Notes: generated from the sequence alone by a model not told the origin. A stretch of 32,291 nucleotides of DNA from Ignavibacteriaceae bacterium (GCA_049670345.1 JBATTD010000304.1:1-32291); one strand, 5' to 3'. Positions 8,243 through 18,345 are shown, counted from the stretch's first letter. Made by a program: numbers and translations.

Positions 8243-9493
8243 TTAGGCAGATTTTTTATCTGACTTTAGGAATAGGGGATTTTTACCGTACTCGATAACA
8301 TCTTTTGTTATAATACATTTTTCAACATTTTTCTTACCAGGTAAATCATACATAATATCGAGCATAAAATCTTCAACAATCGAACGAAGAGCACGCGCGC
8401 CGGTTTTTCGTTCCATCGCTCTTTCAACAATAGTATCAACGACAAACCGATCAAACTCAAGCTCAACATTATCCATCATAAATAATTTTTTATATTGCTT
8501 AAGTATAGCGTTCTTCGGTTCGGAAAGTATACTTTTCATTGCTTCTTTGGATAATGATTGAAGCGGAGCAACAATCGGTATCCTTCCAATCAATTCGGGT
8601 ATTAATCCATACTTAAGTAAGTCTTCCGGCAGAATATGTTTTAAAAGATCATCATCGGTTTCTCTATCTTTTAAATCGGCAGCAAAGCCCATTTTATTTT
8701 TATTTATCCTCGTAGCAATAATCTTGTCTATTCCGGAGAATGCACCACCAAGAATAAATAGTATGTTTTTTGTATCCAGATTTATAAGACTTTGTTCGGG
8801 GTGTTTTCTTCCGCCTTTCGGAGGAATACCGGCAACAGTTCCTTCAAGAATTTTTAACAGTGCCTGCTGTACACCTTCACCCGAAACATCGCGTGTAATT
8901 GATGTGCTTTCGCTTTTACGGGCAATTTTATCTATTTCATCAATATACACTATTCCTTTTTGCGCTCTTTCAAGATTGTAATCAGATGCCTGTAATAAAT
9001 GGACTAAAACTGTTTCAACATCATCTCCAACATAACCTGCTTCAGTAAGTGTTGTTGCATCTGCTATGGCAAAGGGAACATCAAGTATTTTTGCAAGGGT
9101 TTGTGCAAGAAGAGTTTTGCCTACACCAGTCGGACCCATTAAAAGAATATTACTCTTTTCAATTTCAACATCATCAAGCTCAAAGAAAGATGAGCGAGAA
9201 CTTATTCTTTTATAATGATTGTAAACTGCAACAGAAAGCACTTTCTTTGCTCTTTCCTGCCCAATCACATATTCATCCAATGCTTTTTTAATTACCTGCG
9301 GAGTGCGTTTTGGTTTCTCAACAGCTTTGTTGTTTTTGTAAGCAGCAAGATTATTTTTTAAGATATCAACACTGCTTGCAATGCAAATATCGCAAATGTA
9401 AACATCAGGTCCGGCAATCATACTGCCTACTTCGCTGCCTTCTCTTCCGCAAAATGAACATTTAACAATTTTCTGACCTAGCTTTTTAACCAT
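8243..9493 (-). CDS. clpX: ATP-dependent Clp protease ATP-binding subunit ClpX
   Basis: N-terminal C4 zinc finger CSFCG...CDIC, Walker A GPTGVGKT, Walker [10 protein letters not shown], sensor-2 GARALRS. AGGAAG lies about 6 nt upstream of the ATG. Confidence 0.95.
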   Translation of the reverse strand: MVKKLGQKIVKCSFCGREGSEVGSMIAGPDVYICDICIASSVDILKNNLAAYKNNKAVEKPKRTPQVIKKALDEYVIGQERAKKVLSVAVYNHYKRISSRSSFFELDDVEIEKSNILLMGPTGVGKTLLAQTLAKILDVPFAIADATTLTEAGYVGDDVETVLVHLLQASDYNLERAQKGIVYIDEIDKIARKSESTSITRDVSGEGVQQALLKILEGTVAGIPPKGGRKHPEQSLINLDTKNILFILGGAFSGIDKIIATRINKNKMGFAADLKDRETDDDLLKHILPEDLLKYGLIPELIGRIPIVAPLQSLSKEAMKSILSEPKNAILKQYKKLFMMDNVELEFDRFVVDTIVERAMERKTGARALRSIVEDFMLDIMYDLPGKKNVEKCIITKDVIEYGKNPLFLKSDKKSA

Positions 9494-9502
9494 TGTTACT
9501 TC

Positions 9503-11344
9503 CTAACTTATTTTTTCTCTTAGTTTTAAGATTTCGTTTCTTGCTTTATCAATGTAAATGGATGAAGGGAATTTAGCAAGAAGCATTTCGTAAAGTTCAA
9601 TTGCTTTGGCATTATCGCCAATACCATACTGAAAAATTTGTGCCAGTAAATATAACGCTTTATCCGCATAAATGTTTTTTTCACCCTCTTCCACAACAAT
9701 TTCAAACAGTTCTATTGAGCGGGGATAATTATTCAGTGCGAGTTCCATTTCAGCTAAACGAATGCTTGTTATGGAGTGAAGAATAAATGCCTGAGGACTT
9801 TTAGATATCAAGTCATATTTTATTGCGGCATCGCCAAACTTTTTTTGGTCTGCTAAAAATTCCGCTTCAGCAAAAAGCATTATATTAACAGAATCGTTTT
9901 TTGATGTGTTTAGAAGTAACGATAATGAAAGAGCATCATTTGCATTATCATCTTTCAGGTTCTTTAAAATATCTGCAAGAAGTTTTTGTGCTGCCTCAAC
10001 ATCTCCGTTATAAAATTTAACCCTTGCTAATTTATATTTTGCATCGTTTAGTTTATGCTGGTTAGTTTTTGCCAACACAGTAATTTGCGAAAAATTCGTT
10101 TCTGCTTCTGCCAGATTACCATTAAGCAAATCGATCTTACCAAGCTCGCTATATGCATCTGCTGTGCTTGCAGACATAACAGCTTCATTAATGATCTTCT
10201 TAAAATATTGCGTTGCTTCATTTTGTTTGTTTTGCAAATAAAATTTTATCATCCCAATCCGAAGCAACGCTTCATATGAAGCTTCAGAATTTTTATAAAC
10301 TCCGGCAACTTCATTGAAAGCATCAATAACTTCTTTCACTTGCTCAGATTCATAAGTCTTGAAAACAAAGTAAGGTTTCCAAAGAGGTATTTGTCCGGAA
10401 TAATCTTCCATTAAAATCGATTCTAAAGATTTTGCAAACCCAAGCTTTGCTGAAGGAATTAAAGGTGACCCGGGATAAAGTTTAATGATAGATTGATAAA
10501 CATTTTTAGAAATTTCATACTCACCTTCTCTGAAAAGAAATTCTGCATACCTATAAAGCTCTATTCCCTTTTGAGATTGATTTTCATCAATATTAACATA
10601 AATTTCATAAGCTTTATCAAAATCTTTGTTTTCAATGTACAATCTTGCAAGCAAAAATGAGACGCTTAGATTGTTTTCATCTATATATTGCTCTACAATG
10701 GGAATTGTAACTTTTAAAGCACCGGGTTTATTTGCATTTGCTAAAATTTTAGTCTGAACATTTTGCAGTTGTAAAGGATCGTCTGATAAGATTGTGCAAT
10801 ATTCTTCCGCAGCACTTTCATACTGCATTGTTAAAGAATAAAGCTGTGCAAGATCGTATGAAAAAATAATTTTATCCGGCGATATCTCTTTCCCTCTTCT
10901 AAACAGGTCAATAGCTTTACCAAAGGCACGCCTATCAACGGCATAAGTAGCAATCACCCTGTAAAATATGGGATTCGGTTCAAGGAAGGAAAACGGTTCA
11001 TCCCAAACCTGAAATGCCTTCTCTTCGTTTCCCATTAGGTAGTAAGTTGAGCCAAGTAATCCGTATAAATTTATATCGTTTGGTTTTCTCGCAATTCCCT
11101 GCTCGATTATGTTTACAGAAGCAGCATAATTTTTTAGCTGTACATAAGTACGGTTAAGCGATTCAAAGTATAAATTATTTTGCGGTTCGCGTTGATGTAG
11201 TTCTTCATAAATTTTAGAGGCTTTTTCAAAATCACCGGAATGTTCATAGCTTTGCGCAAGTGCAAATTTGTTTTGCAATCTGTTATTCTGTGCAACTAAA
11301 AGTACCGCAGAAAAAACTATAGTGATGAATATTCTTAATATCAT
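9503..11344 (-). CDS. Secreted tetratricopeptide-repeat (TPR) protein
   Basis: Signal-like N-terminus MILRIFITIVFSAVLLVAQ. There are repeated about-34-aa units rich in A/Y/L...G.....A (e.g. GDFEKASKIYEEL, KNYAASVNIIEQGI, GNEEKAFQVWDE, KDFDKAYEIYVNI). The stop is 9 nt before the clpX start. Confidence 0.75.
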   Translation of the reverse strand: MILRIFITIVFSAVLLVAQNNRLQNKFALAQSYEHSGDFEKASKIYEELHQREPQNNLYFESLNRTYVQLKNYAASVNIIEQGIARKPNDINLYGLLGSTYYLMGNEEKAFQVWDEPFSFLEPNPIFYRVIATYAVDRRAFGKAIDLFRRGKEISPDKIIFSYDLAQLYSLTMQYESAAEEYCTILSDDPLQLQNVQTKILANANKPGALKVTIPIVEQYIDENNLSVSFLLARLYIENKDFDKAYEIYVNIDENQSQKGIELYRYAEFLFREGEYEISKNVYQSIIKLYPGSPLIPSAKLGFAKSLESILMEDYSGQIPLWKPYFVFKTYESEQVKEVIDAFNEVAGVYKNSEASYEALLRIGMIKFYLQNKQNEATQYFKKIINEAVMSASTADAYSELGKIDLLNGNLAEAETNFSQITVLAKTNQHKLNDAKYKLARVKFYNGDVEAAQKLLADILKNLKDDNANDALSLSLLLNTSKNDSVNIMLFAEAEFLADQKKFGDAAIKYDLISKSPQAFILHSITSIRLAEMELALNNYPRSIELFEIVVEEGEKNIYADKALYLLAQIFQYGIGDNAKAIELYEMLLAKFPSSIYIDKARNEILKLREKIS

Positions 11345-11523
11345 ATTTCTAAAATAAGGATTAAAATGAAGGTTTCAAGGGGAATAATAAGAGATATACT
11401 TAATTAAAAGTTCTCTTTTTGTTAGAAGAGTTAAAGAATGAACATGTAACAATTATTTAATTTAGAAAAACTGATAATTAAAAATGATTGACATCAAAAC
11501 TACTTCAAAAACAATTTTACATA

Positions 11524-11548
11524 ATTTCTAATACATTGTATTAGAAAT
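11524..11548. promoter_or_regulatory. Perfect 12+12 bp palindrome upstream of dxr (candidate operator)
   Basis: ATTTCTAATACA-T-TGTATTAGAAAT; every one of the 12 arm positions is complementary. It ends 41 nt upstream of the dxr ATG (11590), in the divergent region shared with the TPR-clpX transcription unit. Confidence 0.4.
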
Positions 11549-11589
11549 CTTACTTTTTTACCTTTAAAATCTTTAATTTGAAATTTTAT

Positions 11590-12732
11590 ATGAAGAATGT
11601 ATTTATATTAGGATCAACCGGCTCGATTGGTGTAAACACGCTTAATGTTATCAGAAATTTCCCGGATCGTTTCAATGTTTCCGCATTAACAGTAAACTCA
11701 AACACCAAACTTCTTCTTGATCAAATAGAAGAGTTTAAGCCGGATCTTGTTGTTGTTAAAGAAAAAAATGCTGCGGAAAAAATTAAGCATCAACTGCCCG
11801 CCAACTGTAAATTATTGGTCGGGGTTGATGGATTGATTAATGCTGCATCCGTGGTGGAGTACGATATTTTTGTTGGTGCAATGGTTGGTTATGCAGGACT
11901 CGCTCCCACAATTGAGGCAATTAAAAGAGGAAAGAGAATTGCTCTTGCAAACAAAGAGACTCTTGTGGTTGCCGGTGAAGTAGTGAACAATTATAGTAAA
12001 GAATATGGTGCCGAAATAATTCCGGTCGATTCGGAACATAGCGCTATATATCAATGCCTAGTTGGTGAAAATATTGATGAAGTTGAAAAACTGATAATTA
12101 CAGCATCTGGCGGACCGTTTTTAAATAAGGATAAATCGTTCTTTGAGAACGCAACCGTTAATGAAGCGCTTAATCATCCAAACTGGAAAATGGGGAATAA
12201 AATTACAATTGATTCTGCTACTATGATGAATAAAGGACTTGAAGTTATCGAGGCTCATTGGTTATTTGGTCTTTCTACTGAAAAAATTGATGTGGTAGTT
12301 CATCCGCAATCAATTATACATTCAATGGTACAATTTAGAGACGGATCGATAAAAGCACAGATGGGTTTGCCCGATATGAAATTGCCGATTCAATATGCTC
12401 TTACTTTTCCGGAGAGATTGCTTAACGATTTTGAGAGAACAAATATACCGTCTATCGGAACTTTGGACTTTTATGAACCTGATTTCGAAAAATTTGAATG
12501 CCTCAAACTGGCATTCGATGTGTTGGAAGCAGGAGGAACAGCACCTTGTGTGCTTAACGCCGCGAATGAAATTGCGGTTGAAAAATTCTTAAATAGAGAA
12601 ATTAAATTTTCACGGATACCTGTATTAATTGAAAAAGCGCTCGAAAAAATAGGAAATCATCAAATGCTGAATCTTGACACGATTTTTGAATGTGATACGG
12701 AAACACGAAATTTTGTTAGAAACTTAATTTAG
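11590..12732 (+). CDS. dxr: 1-deoxy-D-xylulose 5-phosphate reductoisomerase
   Basis: NADPH-binding ILGSTGSIG, LANKETLV, PVDSEHSAI, MNKGLEVIEA, HPQSIIHSMV. The ATG at 11590 (MKNVFILGSTGSIG) is preferred over the TTG at 11578 in the ORF track. Confidence 0.95.
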   Translation: MKNVFILGSTGSIGVNTLNVIRNFPDRFNVSALTVNSNTKLLLDQIEEFKPDLVVVKEKNAAEKIKHQLPANCKLLVGVDGLINAASVVEYDIFVGAMVGYAGLAPTIEAIKRGKRIALANKETLVVAGEVVNNYSKEYGAEIIPVDSEHSAIYQCLVGENIDEVEKLIITASGGPFLNKDKSFFENATVNEALNHPNWKMGNKITIDSATMMNKGLEVIEAHWLFGLSTEKIDVVVHPQSIIHSMVQFRDGSIKAQMGLPDMKLPIQYALTFPERLLNDFERTNIPSIGTLDFYEPDFEKFECLKLAFDVLEAGGTAPCVLNAANEIAVEKFLNREIKFSRIPVLIEKALEKIGNHQMLNLDTIFECDTETRNFVRNLI

Positions 12733-12749
12733 AAGGAACCTCTTTATAA

Positions 12750-14105
12750 ATGGATTATATATTTTATTTTGCATTAACAATTGGAATACTAGTTTTTATT
12801 CATGAATTCGGACACTTTGCCGCTGCTAAGTTAAGCGGAATGAGAGTGGATGTTTTTGCAATCGGTTTTGGAAAAAGATTATTCGGATGGAATAAGAAAA
12901 CCGGGTTTAATTTTGGTGAATTACCAAAAGATTTCGATGGCGAAGGAAACACCGATTACAGATTATCGATGCTTCCCTTAGGTGGCTACGTTAAAATTGC
13001 CGGTATGATAGATGAAAGTTTTGATGCAAGTTTTGCTGATAAAGAACCCCAGCCGTATGAATTTCGTGCAAAACCAATGTGGCAAAAAGTATTTGTTATT
13101 ACGGCAGGTGTATTAATGAATCTGCTGCTTGCGTGGATTATCTTTTGGGGCGGAAATTTCTTTCGGGGTAAACCTGTAACCAAAACTACAACCATAGGAT
13201 ATATCGAGCAAGGCAGTTCTCTTGATTCGCTTGGTTTAAAATATAGTGATGATATTGTTTCTATTAATAATGTGAAAGTTAATTATTGGGAAGATGTACG
13301 CGCTGAATTTTTTATTAATACACTTGGCGAAGATTTAAATGTTACAGTAAAACGTGATGGCGTTAAAAAAAACATTTTTGTACCTCGCTCGATTATACCT
13401 GATGATGAGACTCAATTTAATTTTCTTCTTCCTCATGGAACAAGAGCAGTTGTAACAGCTATCATGGAAGATTCTCCCGCTCTTAAAGCTGGATTAGAGG
13501 CAAATGATATATTCTATCAAATTAATGATATCCCAATCTATTCGCACAAACAAGTAACTGAGATAATTAAAGGAAATCCTGAAACTGAATTGCCGATTGT
13601 TATGTTGCGCGGTAATGATACTCTGTCATTTTCCGTTACGCCGGGCGAAGACGGAATGATTGGAATTGGTATTGGATCCCGTTTTACCGGGGACTCTTAT
13701 TATAAAACTTCCGGGTTTTTTGAATCATTCTATCTTGGATGGCTGGATATTGTAAAGATGACAGACCTGACTTTTAATATGCTTGGTAAAGTATTTACAG
13801 GTAAAATAGAGTTTGGAAAAGCGTTTGGCGGACCGGTTAAGATTGCACAGTATGCTGCAAAATCTGCTGACAGTGGTATGTCAAGCTTTTTATATTTTCT
13901 TGCTCTGCTAAGTTTAAGTTTGGCAATTTTAAATATAATGCCTTTCCCTGTTTTAGACGGCGGCCATCTTATAGTAATTTTAATTGAAGGAATTACAAAA
14001 AGAGAGATCCCTGTTAAAATAAAAATTGCAATTCAAAACACGGGATTAATAATTCTTCTACTGCTTATGGCATTTATAATTTACAACGATATTCTTTCTT
14101 TATAA
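12750..14105 (+). CDS. rseP: RIP site-2 metalloprotease RseP
   Basis: HEFGH zinc motif in TM1, a central PDZ region and C-terminal LNIMPFPVLDGGH (NxxPxxxLDG). It sits in the classical position after dxr. Confidence 0.93.
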   Translation: MDYIFYFALTIGILVFIHEFGHFAAAKLSGMRVDVFAIGFGKRLFGWNKKTGFNFGELPKDFDGEGNTDYRLSMLPLGGYVKIAGMIDESFDASFADKEPQPYEFRAKPMWQKVFVITAGVLMNLLLAWIIFWGGNFFRGKPVTKTTTIGYIEQGSSLDSLGLKYSDDIVSINNVKVNYWEDVRAEFFINTLGEDLNVTVKRDGVKKNIFVPRSIIPDDETQFNFLLPHGTRAVVTAIMEDSPALKAGLEANDIFYQINDIPIYSHKQVTEIIKGNPETELPIVMLRGNDTLSFSVTPGEDGMIGIGIGSRFTGDSYYKTSGFFESFYLGWLDIVKMTDLTFNMLGKVFTGKIEFGKAFGGPVKIAQYAAKSADSGMSSFLYFLALLSLSLAILNIMPFPVLDGGHLIVILIEGITKREIPVKIKIAIQNTGLIILLLLMAFIIYNDILSL

Positions 14106-14116
14106 GATATTCAACT

Positions 14117-14148
14117 TTGTGGCGCAGGGCAATGGTCCTGCGTTACAA
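14117..14148 (+). terminator. Stem-loop just after rseP (possible terminator)
   Basis: TTGTGGCGCAGG / CCTGCGTTACAA forms a 12-bp stem (two G-U pairs) with an 8-nt loop, 12 nt after the stop codon. No clear U-tract follows. Confidence 0.35.
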
Positions 14149-14420
14149 TTAACTGCAGATAAATCATTTCTTCGTACCAAAGTGACAGCGTGTGAAGTAA
14201 CAAATCGATAAAGATAAGATTACTACCCCCTTTACTTTTCAACTCTATTTTCAAACATTAATTCCACGCATCACTTTATATAACCTCTAATAATAAAAAT
14301 TAATATCTTTCATAGCAGTGACCTATTTTTAACACATAAAAATGGAAAAGGTCTGGTAAATATCCCATTTATTTTATCTCACCAAATAGTTTTGTTTTAT
14401 CACAGCTACAATTATATTTA

Positions 14421-15539
14421 ATGCATGCAATTAAGAACTTAAATTATCCTTCTGCAACATCACGTTTAAAGAAGATGCCTTTGAATAAGTTAAAAATCAG
14501 TCGTAAACATCTTTACTGGATATGCCAAATATCGGGTTGGACCACTTTTATTCTGCTAAATCTTCTAATCATTTCATCATTTGTAGAGTTACAGTGGGAA
14601 AGGATAGTTATCGGCATTTACTTTGTATTTGCGGGGATTGGTACTACACACACTTTTAGGGGAATAATAAAAAAGCAAAACTGGCTTGAATTTCCTTTAA
14701 ATAAAATAATCCCAAGGGTTCTTCTCTCGGGTTTTTTACTTGGGTTAGCTATTTACGGAGTGGTATATATCGTTAGCTTCTTAACCGGTGCGATTCATAA
14801 GGAAGACTACACTGCAATAAATCCAATAGTTGGGGTAACAATCACATCGGGAATCGCACTTTTTTGGGTTCTTGTTTATTTTTCAATTCATTACCTTGAA
14901 AACTATAAAAAAACCGAGATTGAAGCTTTAATATGGGAAGCTGCTGTAAAAGATTACGAATTAAAAACTCTTAAGTCACAATTAAATCCGCACTTTATGT
15001 TCAATGCGATGAACAGCATTCGTTCCTTAATAGAAGAAGACCCTGAAAATGCGAAAGTTGCCTTAACAAAACTTTCTAATATCCTTCGGTATTCACTTAA
15101 AATGGAAAGAGCCGAGAGCGTACTGTTAAGTGAAGAAATTGAAGCTGTAAAAGATTATCTCGATCTTGAAAAAATGAGATTTGAAGAACGGCTTATGTAC
15201 AGCATAAACTTCAGTAACGAAGCTGGTCGTGTGGAAATTCCCCCAATGATGATACAAACTTTGGTAGAAAACGGAATAAAGCATGGCATCTCAAAAAAAA
15301 CTGAGGGCGGAGAAATTCTAATTGAATCAAAAGTTGAGCATTCAGATTTGCTAATAGAAATAAGAAATATTGGTTATCTTGACAATGATGCTTTGAAAAA
15401 TTCTAAAGGATTTGGTGTTGCCAACACAAAACACAGGTTAAACTTACTTTATGGTGAACGTGCATCCTTTGTTCTTAGGAACGATAATGAAAATATAGTT
15501 TTAGCAAAATTAAAAATTCCAATAGGAGGATCAGATTAA
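14421..15539 (+). CDS. LytS/YehU-type sensor histidine kinase (membrane-bound)
   Basis: About four N-terminal hydrophobic helices. H-box LNPHFMFNAMNSI is typical of the LytS-type His_kinase domain. N-box is LVENGIKHG and the G-box is SKGFGVANTKHRL. An alternative start is M19 (14475). Confidence 0.88.
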   Translation: MHAIKNLNYPSATSRLKKMPLNKLKISRKHLYWICQISGWTTFILLNLLIISSFVELQWERIVIGIYFVFAGIGTTHTFRGIIKKQNWLEFPLNKIIPRVLLSGFLLGLAIYGVVYIVSFLTGAIHKEDYTAINPIVGVTITSGIALFWVLVYFSIHYLENYKKTEIEALIWEAAVKDYELKTLKSQLNPHFMFNAMNSIRSLIEEDPENAKVALTKLSNILRYSLKMERAESVLLSEEIEAVKDYLDLEKMRFEERLMYSINFSNEAGRVEIPPMMIQTLVENGIKHGISKKTEGGEILIESKVEHSDLLIEIRNIGYLDNDALKNSKGFGVANTKHRLNLLYGERASFVLRNDNENIVLAKLKIPIGGSD

Positions 15540-16258
15540 TGAAAGCCTTAATAATTGATGATGAAAGATTAGCAAGAACAGAATTAAAAAGATTATTAAC
15601 ACCATTTAAAGAAATTAATGTAGTTGGCGAAGCAGTAAATGCAGATGATGCACTTGAGAAGATACAGGAGCTCAAACCCGACCTGCTTTTCCTGGATATA
15701 CAAATGCCCGGCAAAACCGGATTTGATATGCTTGAAGAACTTGACGCTGTACCAACTGTAATTTTTGTTACCGCCTATGATGAGTATGCGCTTAAAGCAT
15801 TCGAGTACAACGCACTTGATTATCTTTTAAAACCCATCGAACCAAAACGGCTTGAAGAAACCGTAAACAAACTAATAGAAAAGAAACGCAAAAAAACAAT
15901 AAGTGACCTTGATAAGGATTTCTTAACGGAAGGCGACCAGGTGTTTGTGAAAGACGGGGAAAAATGCTGGTTTGTTAAACTGGAAAACGTACGGCTTTTT
16001 GAATCTGAAGGAAACTATGTGCGAATTTATTTTGGTGAAAACAAACCGCTTATTCTTCGCACGTTAAATTATCTTGATGAACGGCTTGATGACAAAACGT
16101 TTTTCAGGGCAAACAGGAAACATATTGTAAACTTAAAATGGATTGGATCAATAGAACCTTGGCTTAACGGGGGATTGCTTGTAAAACTTAAAGACGGACA
16201 GAAAGTTGAGGTCTCACGCAGACAGGCAATTAAATTTAAAGATATGTTAAGTCTTTAG
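15539..16258 (+). CDS. LytR/AlgR-family response regulator (receiver + LytTR DNA-binding domain)
   Basis: Receiver motifs IIDDERLAR and PDLLFLDIQMPGKTG. The C-terminal LytTR-type segment is FFRANRKHIVNLKWI. Its ATG overlaps the kinase stop (TAATG). Confidence 0.9.
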   Translation: MKALIIDDERLARTELKRLLTPFKEINVVGEAVNADDALEKIQELKPDLLFLDIQMPGKTGFDMLEELDAVPTVIFVTAYDEYALKAFEYNALDYLLKPIEPKRLEETVNKLIEKKRKKTISDLDKDFLTEGDQVFVKDGEKCWFVKLENVRLFESEGNYVRIYFGENKPLILRTLNYLDERLDDKTFFRANRKHIVNLKWIGSIEPWLNGGLLVKLKDGQKVEVSRRQAIKFKDMLSL

Positions 16259-16284
16259 ATTATTAATTCCAGCAAATAGCTTTT

Positions 16285-16325
16285 CTCCCCTTTACAAGAG
16301 GAGATGTCACGAAGTGACAGAGGGG
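16285..16325. terminator. Tandem/compound hairpins between convergent LytTR regulator and outer-membrane protein genes
   Basis: TGTCAC-GAA-GTGACA (16305-16319) is a perfect 6-bp stem. CTCCCCTTTACAAGAGGAG (16285-16303) forms a 7-bp stem on the minus-strand RNA (one G-U). CCCCT (16287-16291) can also pair with AGGGG (16321-16325). No strong U-tract. Confidence 0.35.
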
Positions 16326-16326
16326 T

Positions 16327-18345
16327 TTAATTAAACAACTCCCACGAAATTCCAAAACGTATGTTTCTTTCCTGCATCGGATAATACGGTGTTATAAAGT
16401 ATTGGTTGTTAAACAAGTTTTCCCATCCAAAGTATACTATTGCCACTCCCTTTATTTCACCGGCGACAGTTATATCAATTTTGTTTGATGGTTCAACATA
16501 TATGATTTCTTCCCATACATTACTGTAAACATTATTTGCTCCGGTATAATAAAACTGCACACCCGCTTTTAGTAATAAATTATCATCAAAGAAAAAACCG
16601 TTTACAAATAAGCCTCCAACAAATTGCAGTTCCGGTACACCGAGTAATTTGTCTTCATCTGCATTAAAATAATAAGAGGTGTTTGTTTCAATCAGAAATT
16701 TCCAGTAGTTAACGTTTAGTCTCAACCCAATCCCGGAAAGATTGCCGTATACAATAGCAGGATTCTGAGGTTTATAATGTGGAATAGTTGATGATGAACC
16801 TCTCCGTTTAAAAAATTTAAGATCTGTAAATATGTTGCTGCCAATGTATTTTCCACCTAATTCAAATGTTTTTGTATCCTCACTGATTTTATTCGATAAA
16901 AGTTCTGCCTGTTGAAATATTGAAGCGCCGGCATAAAAACTCATTCCGTTTTTAACAATAAATTGTAAGTCGGTTCCCATTCCAGATAAACCTTCTGTTT
17001 CATCCGTTAACAAAATGTTGTTATCATCCCCTATCTGTTTAAAATACCTGCTTTGATTAACATATTTATAAAAAACTGATGGGATTAGTTTATCATTTAA
17101 TAGATGCAGAGATAGATCGAGACCTCCGGATATTTGAGTAAACTCCCAATCGGATATAGAAGTATTGAAAGTTGTGTTTAAATAATCCTCGAAATCTCCA
17201 TTACTCTTTTCAAAAAGACCAAATAATTCAAACGATAAAACACCTATCCTTTGATAGTGTTTAAGATTAACCCCACTTGTTTTACTATCATTCATTAATT
17301 TTAAACTCAAACTTTCGTTGTGATCTTTAATTTCATTACGAGAAATTCTGTGATAAAATATCAAATCGGTGTTAGATTCATCAAATGCTTTTGCTTGAAA
17401 ACGTAGACCAAAATTATGATTTACAACACTTTTACCTCTGTTTGGATAAACAACAGGTGCAAGTTGTCTGTCATATATAATTGAATTAATATCATTTGTT
17501 ACTTGAGCAATACTGTCAACATCAACTCCGCCGTTCAACCCCACATCACTATCAACAAAGCTGTAGATAGCCGAAATATTTATAGAGTTTGATAAGTAAT
17601 ATTTTAATTTTGTATTCGCCTGCCACATGCTAAATTCGTTGTTTGCAAAAGTACTGTCTGTTTTACGGTGAGTTAATTGAAAGGACATGCTAAATTTTTT
17701 AGCAATTCGCGCATTAAACTTACCATCGAACATCGCTTCACCATCCGGTCCTTCATAATATCTTATCCTGGAATAAGGTTCGGGTGAAAGGAAATCCTTC
17801 ATAATAAAATTAACTGTAACAGGATTGTTATAAGGTCCGTATAAAAATCCCCTTGGTGAAGGAACAATTTCAATTGAATCAATATCTTCACTTTGAATTT
17901 CATTTAAATCGAGAGCATTTACAAACCTGTTATTCCACAGCACTCCATCTTCCATAAAACTTATACCGCCTGCACCTACCCCATAAACAAAGGTTTCATT
18001 TGGCTGCCCCATAAATCCCAGATCTTTAATAAAATTAAAAGGGAAGGAACGAAGGAAATCCCCTGTGTAGCGGTAATTATAAAAGAGGAAAGTTCTTTTA
18101 TTAATGATCTGCAAAACATCTGTTCGGGCTATGCCCTGTATTGGAATTAATGAGTCCGGTTTGACAGTTTCATCAATTGCATTTGTAGAGTCGTTAACAA
18201 AAAGAGAATCGTTACTTGTAAATACAGACAATGTATCTACGGCTAAGCTATCTGATACATTAAATAATGTATCCGCTGTTTGTGATAGTATGCTTAAATT
18301 AAAAATTAAAAATGTTATAAAAAGATATTTTATCATCAGTTGCAA
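16327..18345 (-). CDS. TonB-dependent-receptor-like outer-membrane beta-barrel protein
   Basis: Signal peptide MQLMIKYLFITFLIFNLSILSQ. TonB-box-like DTLSVFT. Plug-like segment GQPNETFVYGVGAGGISFMEDGVLWNN...IDSIEIVPSPRGFLYGPYN. A long alternating-hydrophobic, aromatic/Gly-rich barrel region ends in RFGISWELFN. Confidence 0.7.
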   Translation of the reverse strand: MQLMIKYLFITFLIFNLSILSQTADTLFNVSDSLAVDTLSVFTSNDSLFVNDSTNAIDETVKPDSLIPIQGIARTDVLQIINKRTFLFYNYRYTGDFLRSFPFNFIKDLGFMGQPNETFVYGVGAGGISFMEDGVLWNNRFVNALDLNEIQSEDIDSIEIVPSPRGFLYGPYNNPVTVNFIMKDFLSPEPYSRIRYYEGPDGEAMFDGKFNARIAKKFSMSFQLTHRKTDSTFANNEFSMWQANTKLKYYLSNSINISAIYSFVDSDVGLNGGVDVDSIAQVTNDINSIIYDRQLAPVVYPNRGKSVVNHNFGLRFQAKAFDESNTDLIFYHRISRNEIKDHNESLSLKLMNDSKTSGVNLKHYQRIGVLSFELFGLFEKSNGDFEDYLNTTFNTSISDWEFTQISGGLDLSLHLLNDKLIPSVFYKYVNQSRYFKQIGDDNNILLTDETEGLSGMGTDLQFIVKNGMSFYAGASIFQQAELLSNKISEDTKTFELGGKYIGSNIFTDLKFFKRRGSSSTIPHYKPQNPAIVYGNLSGIGLRLNVNYWKFLIETNTSYYFNADEDKLLGVPELQFVGGLFVNGFFFDDNLLLKAGVQFYYTGANNVYSNVWEEIIYVEPSNKIDITVAGEIKGVAIVYFGWENLFNNQYFITPYYPMQERNIRFGISWELFN

